Below, piece by piece: positions 19,489-25,378 of a stretch of DNA of 25,378 nucleotides. The stretch comes from an uncultured Deinococcales bacterium. Its GTDB lineage: Bacteria > Deinococcota > Deinococci > Deinococcales > JAAFIG01. Location: assembly GCA_964247135.1 (NCBI GenBank), contig CAXTTL010000045.1:1-25378 (forward strand). The letters are read 5' to 3'. A program made the translations under genes and the position numbers. The stretch's first letter is position 1. Each line of letters starts with the position of its first letter. The notes beneath the pieces were generated by a model. That model saw nothing but the letters and a program-made list of their open reading frames with translations, was not told where the DNA came from and made no database searches.

Positions 19489-20367
19489 ATGTCAACAGCC
19501 TTAAATCTTGCAGGTGATCCTGCTGCCGAAGCTTTGTTAAACCGCGCCAAAGACGAGATGCAGGCTCTAAGCGCCGTGCCAAACCTGGTGGTCGTGCGAA
19601 TCGGTGATGATCCTGCTAGCGTTTCGTACACCCGCATGAAAACCCGCAGGGCAAAAAAAGTCGGTTTGGACTCGAGCCTGATCGAACTGCCAACAAGCAT
19701 CTCTGAAGCCGAGATGCTCGAGTTGATCGAGAAATTGAATGCCGACGATACGGTCAGTGGCATTCTGGTGCAACTCCCTTTTCCCAAAGGTTCAGCAGTG
19801 AGCGAAAAACGGATTCTCGAGGCGATTGACCCTGCCAAAGACGTGGACGGTTTGCATGTGGTCAACGTTGGGCGTTTGTGGGCGGGCGAGCCAGGCTTAA
19901 GACCATGCACACCAGCCGGAGTGATCTCGATGCTGGACTTTTACGGCATCCCGCTCGAGGGCAAACGCGTGGTCATCATCAACCGTTCGCAACTGGTCGG
20001 CAAACCCCTCGCCGCCCTGATGCTCGAGCGCAACGCCACCGTGACCATTGCGCACTCGAGGACGCACGACATGAAAGCCGTGACGCTCGAGGCGGATGTG
20101 CTCGTGACCGCCGTGGGTCGCGTGAACTTCATCACGCCCGAGATGGTCAAACCTGGCGCGGTGGTGATCGATGTCAGCATCAACCGCATTGCGGACGCGA
20201 ACGGTGAAGCCAAACTGGTCGGCGATTGCCACCCCGATGTCGCCAGCGTTGCCGGCGCCCTCACGCCCGTCCCAGGCGGCGTCGGACCGATGACGGTCTC
20301 GCATTTATTGTACAACACCGTGCAAGCCTGCAAAAACCAATTGCAGGCTCGAGCAAACTCCAAGTAA
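19489..20367 (+). CDS. folD: Bifunctional methylenetetrahydrofolate dehydrogenase/cyclohydrolase
   Basis: DDPASVSY, GILVQLP, KDVDG, PCTPAG and TPVPGGVGPMT motifs. Confidence 0.97.
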   Translation: MSTALNLAGDPAAEALLNRAKDEMQALSAVPNLVVVRIGDDPASVSYTRMKTRRAKKVGLDSSLIELPTSISEAEMLELIEKLNADDTVSGILVQLPFPKGSAVSEKRILEAIDPAKDVDGLHVVNVGRLWAGEPGLRPCTPAGVISMLDFYGIPLEGKRVVIINRSQLVGKPLAALMLERNATVTIAHSRTHDMKAVTLEADVLVTAVGRVNFITPEMVKPGAVVIDVSINRIADANGEAKLVGDCHPDVASVAGALTPVPGGVGPMTVSHLLYNTVQACKNQLQARANSK

Positions 20368-20420
20368 CCCGAGTAGAATACAATTCAACGTATCCGCTCG
20401 AGTCGCCCTTTGGAGAACCC

Positions 20421-20885
20421 GTGTTTGAACAACTGCTGCACAATCAACTGCTCTGGACGGCGCTGGTCGCTTCGACGGGCGCTCAAATTTTGAAGGTTTT
20501 TCTGGTGCTGCTGTCCGAACGTTCCTGGCAACCCGCTCGGTTTCTCGAGACTGGCGGGATGCCGAGTTCGCACACCGCCAGCGTGGTGGCATTGTCGGTG
20601 GGTTGCGGCATCAAATACGGCTGGGACAGCCCATACTTTGCGATTGCCACGATCTTTGGCATGATCGTGATGTATGACGCCACCGGCATTCGTCGAGCCA
20701 GCGGAATGCAAGCCGAGTTGATCAACGATCTTGTTGAAGAACTTCGCGCCGTGGTGCGCGAAGGGTTCACGCCCAAACCATTAAAAGAACTCTTGGGTCA
20801 CACCTATTTCGAGGTTTTTGTCGGCATGTTGTGGGGCATTTTGGTGGCGGTGCTGTCGTTCTTGGTGGTTGCCAAACAAGCTTAA
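20421..20885 (+). CDS. Divergent PAP2 family protein (DUF212)
   Basis: Start re-called at GTG 20421 (GGAGA RBS). GGMPSSH, VMYDA.GIRR and LKELLGHT..EV motifs. Confidence 0.92.
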   Translation: MFEQLLHNQLLWTALVASTGAQILKVFLVLLSERSWQPARFLETGGMPSSHTASVVALSVGCGIKYGWDSPYFAIATIFGMIVMYDATGIRRASGMQAELINDLVEELRAVVREGFTPKPLKELLGHTYFEVFVGMLWGILVAVLSFLVVAKQA

Positions 20886-21088
20886 CTCGAGCCTGTGCGC
20901 CCCAAGGTTGGTGTTGGACGAAGCCGAATTTTGATGCGGCGCTCAGGCGTTTTGAAAACATTGCGCAGGGTTGCCCGCAAAATTTCACCCTCACCGACGG
21001 TCACGGTCACCACCGTACCATCGGGCAGCTTTGTGCCAGCCTCGAGCACAATCACACCATCTTTGACCAGACCCTTATAAGCCCGCAT
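20882..21088 (-). CDS. Small hypothetical protein (N-terminus resembles AF2212/DUF104-like swapped-hairpin proteins)
   Basis: AYKGLVKDGVIVL...LPDGTVVTV pattern. TAAACT box 6 nt before ATG. Confidence 0.7.
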   Translation of the reverse strand: MRAYKGLVKDGVIVLEAGTKLPDGTVVTVTVGEGEILRATLRNVFKTPERRIKIRLRPTPTLGRTGSS

Positions 21089-21097
21089 GACTTTAGT

Positions 21098-21508
21098 TTA
21101 CTCGAGAATATCCTCTTTCAACCGTGACACAATGCGCTCAAGTTTTTCGGTGTTTTGCCCGCGCTTTTTTTCGATCAGCACGAAACGCTCGAAGACCTCG
21201 ATGGCTTCGCGGCGACGGTTTGCCCGCACCAGCAAATCGCCCAAGAATTCATTTTCCAGTAAATAACTCGAGAATTCCTCGGGCGCAAGGGCAATGTTGG
21301 CTTTGATGGTCTCAATTTTTTCCTGGGTTTCGCGGTAACGTTTGACGCGCTCGCGGATCACAAACCAAGCAACCACCGCTATCGCCCCAAAAACCGCGCC
21401 CAGAATGCTCGAGGCTTGAGGGATGCCGTTCGCGTTCGCCAAACGCACCAGCACTGGGAACGAGAGTCCCAGCACCACCAGCACGGCAAGCAATGCGGCA
21501 TAATTCAC
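21098..21508 (-). CDS. Hypothetical membrane protein with TPR-like C-terminal helices
   Basis: Two hydrophobic segments followed by LGDLLVRANRRREAIEVFER. Confidence 0.7.
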   Translation of the reverse strand: MNYAALLAVLVVLGLSFPVLVRLANANGIPQASSILGAVFGAIAVVAWFVIRERVKRYRETQEKIETIKANIALAPEEFSSYLLENEFLGDLLVRANRRREAIEVFERFVLIEKKRGQNTEKLERIVSRLKEDILE

Positions 21509-21553
21509 GCACCCACCCTAACCCGACAGGCACTTTAAGGGCAACCAGAGGGC

Positions 21554-22375
21554 TTAAATCACGTCCAAACCAAGCCCATCAAAAAACCCGCGCAACGGAT
21601 AACTCGAGATGGCACCGCGAATCCCACCCAAACTGAAATTCTCGAGGCTCATGCGTTTTTGCATTTGTTCGCGTTGCGCTTCGGGCATCTGACCCATTCT
21701 GGATGTCGGACCCACCTGCGAGGCGTGTGCCTTTAATGCCGCCATCTTCTGCTCGAGGTGGGCTGCAATGTCGTGACTGAAGGCAATTGTGTCCTCGGAA
21801 ACACCGTACAATTCTGGCTCGAGTCCAGGCGTTGGCGTGGCGCTCGAGTTAAACATCATGCGGGCAATCTCGATGGGGAACGCCGTGTAAAACAAACGCT
21901 TTGGCGCGTCCGGCAAATGTCCGCTCGAGAAAAACGCCGCCAGCGCCGCGCTGTGAATCACCAAATGATCCGGATGCCCGTAACCGCCGTGAGGATCAAA
22001 CGTCAGCATCACCTGCGGTTTGACCTGTTCAATCACCGCCTTGATTTTGGCTTCAACCTCGAGCGGGTCGGCATTGATGCTCGCCAGAGGATCGTCTTTG
22101 CGCAGACGCTCGAGTCGTCCAGAGTCGTGATAGCCCAAAAAAATTGGCGGGTTGATGCCCAGGGCTTGGCAGGCGTTTTGAAGCTCAGTTTCACGTAGCG
22201 CACCCACGTCTTTAACTTCGCCCAAAACTGGATCGGTGACTTTGCCAGCCTCACCACGGGTCGAACTGATCAACGTCACGTCCACACCCAAGCTTGCATA
22301 ATGCGCCAGCGTGCCGCCGCTCGAGAAGGCTTCATCGTCAGGGTGGGCGAACACGGCAAGCAAAGAGGGTTTCAC
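21554..22375 (-). CDS. PIG-L/LmbE family deacetylase (MshB/BshB-like)
   Basis: AHPDDE, TRGEAG, GGYGHPDH and AHASQ motifs. Confidence 0.93.
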   Translation of the reverse strand: MKPSLLAVFAHPDDEAFSSGGTLAHYASLGVDVTLISSTRGEAGKVTDPVLGEVKDVGALRETELQNACQALGINPPIFLGYHDSGRLERLRKDDPLASINADPLEVEAKIKAVIEQVKPQVMLTFDPHGGYGHPDHLVIHSAALAAFFSSGHLPDAPKRLFYTAFPIEIARMMFNSSATPTPGLEPELYGVSEDTIAFSHDIAAHLEQKMAALKAHASQVGPTSRMGQMPEAQREQMQKRMSLENFSLGGIRGAISSYPLRGFFDGLGLDVI

Positions 22376-22443
22376 CAGATCAGTATGACCGATTTGGAAG
22401 GCGCGAAAAGACTTTTCAAATTCATTTCACCAGCCATAAAAGA

Positions 22444-22629
22444 CAGGGCAACCGCAAAGTCCGAATTTTGCCCATTTTGTCGGAATTCTCGTTTGCTTGC
22501 GGGCGAAGACAAGCTTCGCCCCTACGAAAAAACATTGTCCTGTAGGGGTGAACCTTGTGTTCACCCTTGCGACGGGAAGACCTCCATACATTGTTTGGTT
22601 CATTGGTTTACGACTTTGCGGTTGCCCTG
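22444..22629. mobile_element. MITE (186 bp), probably ISAs1-family derived, containing two GTAG REPs
   Basis: Perfect 18-bp terminal inverted repeats CAGGGCAACCGCAAAGTC (22444-22461) and GACTTTGCGGTTGCCCTG (22612-22629). Flanking 10-bp direct repeat CCATAAAAGA (22434-22443, 22630-22639). No transposase. Confidence 0.85.
22501..22566. repeat. Two divergent GTAG-family REP palindromes inside the MITE
   Basis: GGGCGAAGACAAGCTTCGCCCCTAC (22501-22525) and GTAGGGGTGAACCTTGTGTTCACCC (22542-22566). Confidence 0.75.
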
Positions 22630-22845
22630 CCATAAAAGAAACGCAGCCGCAAAGTTACGGTTCTTTTATGGCAAAATAGTGCTTTATCTTGACTTGAAAC
22701 GCTCGAGTTCAGTTCAAGGCACAGGTTTTTGCATTGCATTTCAGCTCAGTTTGATCCAAGAGCTAATCATTGCTACCTGACGTTGGTATGGTTTTTTGTT
22801 GCTAAATTTTGGGAAAAATGAACTGACTGGAAAAGCTTGAGGCAC

Positions 22846-22875
22846 AAAAAACCGCCAAGGTTGGTCTTGGCAGTT
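22846..22875 (-). terminator. Intrinsic terminator after the small peptide gene
   Basis: Minus strand AACTGCCAAG-ACCAAC-CTTGGCGGTT-TTTTG, 30 nt after the stop codon. Confidence 0.75.
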
Positions 22876-22905
22876 GGAAACTCGAGAGTGAATTTTTAGC
22901 TCGAA

Positions 22906-23040
22906 TTAGGGTTGAGTACATGGTGCAGAAGTTCGGCAGTGCGCTGCTATGTCTTTTGGTGATCCAGCAAACGCTGCACTCAGCGACAAGACGGCAAGTA
23001 AAGTGGAGATGATGGAAATTGCTTTAACAAATTTCTTCAT
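22906..23040 (-). CDS. Small secreted propeptide (44 aa: signal peptide plus 19-aa CX5C peptide)
   Basis: AGGAGG RBS before ATG 23040. MKKFVKAISIISTLLAVLSLSAAFA|GSPKDIAAHCRTSAPCTQP, with an A-F-A signal peptidase I site and its own terminator. Confidence 0.8.
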   Translation of the reverse strand: MKKFVKAISIISTLLAVLSLSAAFAGSPKDIAAHCRTSAPCTQP

Positions 23041-23086
23041 AAAACCTCCTGTGTATGCTTGAGAATTTAAGCTCTTGCACGTCTGG

Positions 23087-23120
23087 AGCTTACTTTTGAA
23101 GGTGGGAAAAAACTGGGAAA
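23087..23120 (-). promoter_or_regulatory. Candidate activator-dependent promoter of the peptide gene
   Basis: Minus strand TTTCCCA-gttt-TTTCCCA (11-bp period), then 10 nt, then a TAAGCT -10-like box. Confidence 0.5.
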
Positions 23121-23123
23121 CAC

Positions 23124-24889
23124 TCAAACCACCCGCAGCCCCAAACGTTCCAAACTTTGCCGCAGCAAATCGCTTGGCGCGAGTCCAAACTCTTCGGACA
23201 GCATTCGCGCATACGCACCGTAAGCCTGGTTTGCCGCCGCCACGCCGCCGAGCGCCAAATGCACCCGAATCAAACCCAGATGACTGACCTCGGACAGCGG
23301 CTCGAGTTCGATGGCACGGCGGTAGATTTTCAGCGCCTCGCGCGATTGTGTCTGCTCGAGTTGCTCCGCCAAGGTCGCGGCGGCTGCCACGGTTTGCTCG
23401 AGGACCCGCGTGCGAATTTCGGCGACCCATTCGGTGTTGACCCCAGGCAAAAATTCGCCGTGGTAAGCCTCAAGCGCCGCCTGCAATTGCAGCATGTTGC
23501 CCGACTCGAGGGCGTGTTGTGCCAGCTCAAAATCGAGCTTTGGGCTTAATTGCGGCGCGAGTGAATAGAGTTTGTTCTCGAAAGGAAAGGCGTTGAATCC
23601 AACCTCTGGGTGCTCGCTCAGCGCGGCGCGTAAACGCCTTGCCGCAACCCGAAAATACTCGTGATGACGGGTTTCAATCGAACCGTCCCAAAGCGCGTTC
23701 ATGATCTCCTCGCGGCTGGATGCGCCGTGCAGCGCCACAAAAATCAGCAACTCGCCCGCCTTGGCAAATGGAATCCGAATTGGCGTGCCGTTCAGACTGA
23801 TTTGCAGTTTGCCCAAGGTCAGAATCTCGAGTTCAAAAGTTGGTTGAGGGATTGCGGCTGCAATTTCGGGTGCTGCTCGGGTTGGAGAATTCTCCACAAA
23901 ACGACTGAAGCGCTCGTTAAACCAACCGCGTTCGATGCAGCTTGCGAACAGATCATGCAGCGGTTCGGCATCGACCATCAGAACGTTGTCGTGCGGCATC
24001 GCGTCAAGGCTGACAATCAAACCTTTGACCTGTTCAAACTCGAGCGAATTTTCTTGACGTGCAATCTCTGCCAGATACGCTCGAGCGCGGGGCTTATGGG
24101 CGGATTCCTCGGATTTTTCCAGCGCCCCACTCAAATATTGACGTGCCGCCTCGAGGTTGTGAGTCCAGAAATTGGCAATGCCCTGATAAAAAGCGTAGAC
24201 CCCTTGAAGGTCGCTGTTGGATTGAGAGTCGTGACCCAGACGCTCCAAGATGCCGGTGGCTCGGGTTGGCTGGTTTGAACGCAGCCAGCTTTCGCTTTGT
24301 TTGAGTTCGATGATCTGCGCCAAGACCTGATCGCCCAGTTCTTGCGCACTGGCAATGCAGTTTTGGTAAGCGGCGATGGCTTGTTCAAAGTTTTGCTGCC
24401 AGAAGTAAACATCCCCCCGAAGCTCGAGAAAGTACGGCAGCAAACGGCTTTGTTCGCGCATTCCAAGTGATATGCCCTGTTCGATCAGGGAAAAAGCTTC
24501 GCCGGTACGGTTTTGCAGGTAACGCAAACTTGCCAGATCAATCAAAAGCGGCAAGGTCCGAACGGGTGTGCCCAGGGCTTCCTACACCTCCATCGCCCGC
24601 AAAATTGATTTCTCGCATTCAAACCACTGCCCCAGGCGGTACTGAATCAATTTTAAGCTGCTGAGGTTGTTGCCCAACTCGCCCAGGTTGTCGTGGTCTT
24701 CCGCCCTTCAATGCGGGCAAACTGCGCCAGCAAGGTGGTCTTGCCATAACCAGAGGGCGCGATCAAAGCCGTCAGTTGCAGATCGCTGGCAGCCTCGAGT
24801 TGCGAAAGTAACCTGGCGCGTTCCAACTCGAAGCGCAGTTTCTTGGGTATGACACTCGAGAGGTCATCATTTGCCCTGCTGCCTGACAT
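23124..24889 (-). pseudogene. Disrupted P-loop (MalT/STAND-like)-TPR-wHTH-BTAD transcriptional regulator
   Basis: The N-terminus has Walker A APSGYGKTTLLAQF. The frame switches near 24693-24702 directly into TPR-like sequence (EDHDNLGELGNNLSSLKLIQYRLGQW...), then hits an in-frame TAG at 24582-24584. After it come an intact TPR region, LEILTLG/SREEIMNALW wHTH and BTAD (YHGEFLPG, LEPLSE) region to 23124. Confidence 0.85.
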
Positions 24890-25057
24890 GAAAACCATCT
24901 TATTCGATTGGTGATGATTCAGAATCAAAGTCATGTTCAACCTGTCTGCAAGGCGCGATTTTTGTAGCGACCTTATACCTTAGGTTAGCAATAGACTGGT
25001 CACACGGTGGTCACAAAAGGAATACTTTCGATGCTTGCCAGATTAAGCTTTAAATTT

Positions 25058-25378
25058 TCAATCGAGCCGCAATTGTGCCATCACGTCACGCTCCATGACT
25101 TCAATCGGTTGACCAACGTCCAGCACCCAGGCATCCTGTGGTGGCTCGAGCGTACTGATTTGAGATTCGAGCAAAATGGCTGGCATAAAATGCTTTCGGG
25201 CTTTCATGCGCCCTGCGATCAAATCACGGTTGCCATTCAAAAAAACAATTTTCACGCCCTCGAGATTTGCGGTGAGCGTCTGACGGTAATTGGCTTTGAG
25301 TGCCGAACACGCCAGCACAAGCGATTGAGTCTCGAGAAGATGCTGTTCAATCAGGGCGTGAAGCCGCTCTAACCAAGG
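25058..25378 (-). CDS. Gluconokinase (GntK/IdnK family), 5' part outside window
   Basis: Frame is open from the window edge (WLERLHALIEQH...). VLACSALK..YR, R.HFMP..LLESQ..TLEPP motifs. Confidence 0.9.
   Translation of the reverse strand, partial: PWLERLHALIEQHLLETQSLVLACSALKANYRQTLTANLEGVKIVFLNGNRDLIAGRMKARKHFMPAILLESQISTLEPPQDAWVLDVGQPIEVMERDVMAQLRLD

Noticed and set aside
20882-21508. Third toxin-antitoxin pair
   Set aside because: The small protein only loosely resembles AF2212-like antitoxins, and its neighbour is a membrane protein with no toxin motif.
22673-22845. Possible further small ORF or ncRNA downstream of the peptide
   Set aside because: Only very short ORFs without a convincing RBS, and no recognisable RNA structure.
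18106-23040. Copper monooxygenase as amidating enzyme for the small peptide (RiPP cluster)
   Set aside because: The peptide ends in Pro with no C-terminal Gly, and the two loci are separated by unrelated housekeeping genes.
22906-23430. 174-aa ORF in the track
   Set aside because: The first 130 codons are an alternative frame of the BTAD gene and the intergenic gap. Only the last 44 codons have an RBS and protein-like features.

Overview
Chromosomal window of a moderately GC-rich bacterium, most likely Deinococcota. This placement is inferred from the OppA type, the folD-DUF212 and Asp23-DAK2 gene pairs, and many -10 boxes directly abutting start codons. Most content is housekeeping or accessory: peptide ABC transporter, HxlR/VOC, sppA, DUF1028, FAD-Rieske oxidoreductase, MarC, DAK2/Asp23, PadR-MFS, dsRBD protein, folD, PIG-L deacetylase and gluconokinase. 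Five things stand out. (1) The palindrome CTCGAG occurs about 180 times (hand count), in all reading frames and paired in terminator-like stems. (2) A 44-aa secreted CX5C propeptide gene with its own RBS, terminator and SARP-like 11-bp-spaced upstream repeats follows a now-pseudogenised P-loop/TPR/BTAD regulator, a candidate peptide-signalling module. (3) A 186-bp MITE with CAGGG ends and a 10-bp target duplication carries two GTAG REPs. (4) A toxin-antitoxin cassette is bracketed by two diverged copies of the DUF1028 3' end. (5) A cytochrome c and a PHM/DBH-like copper monooxygenase are encoded as a split pair. All product calls come from motif recognition by eye, not from database searches.
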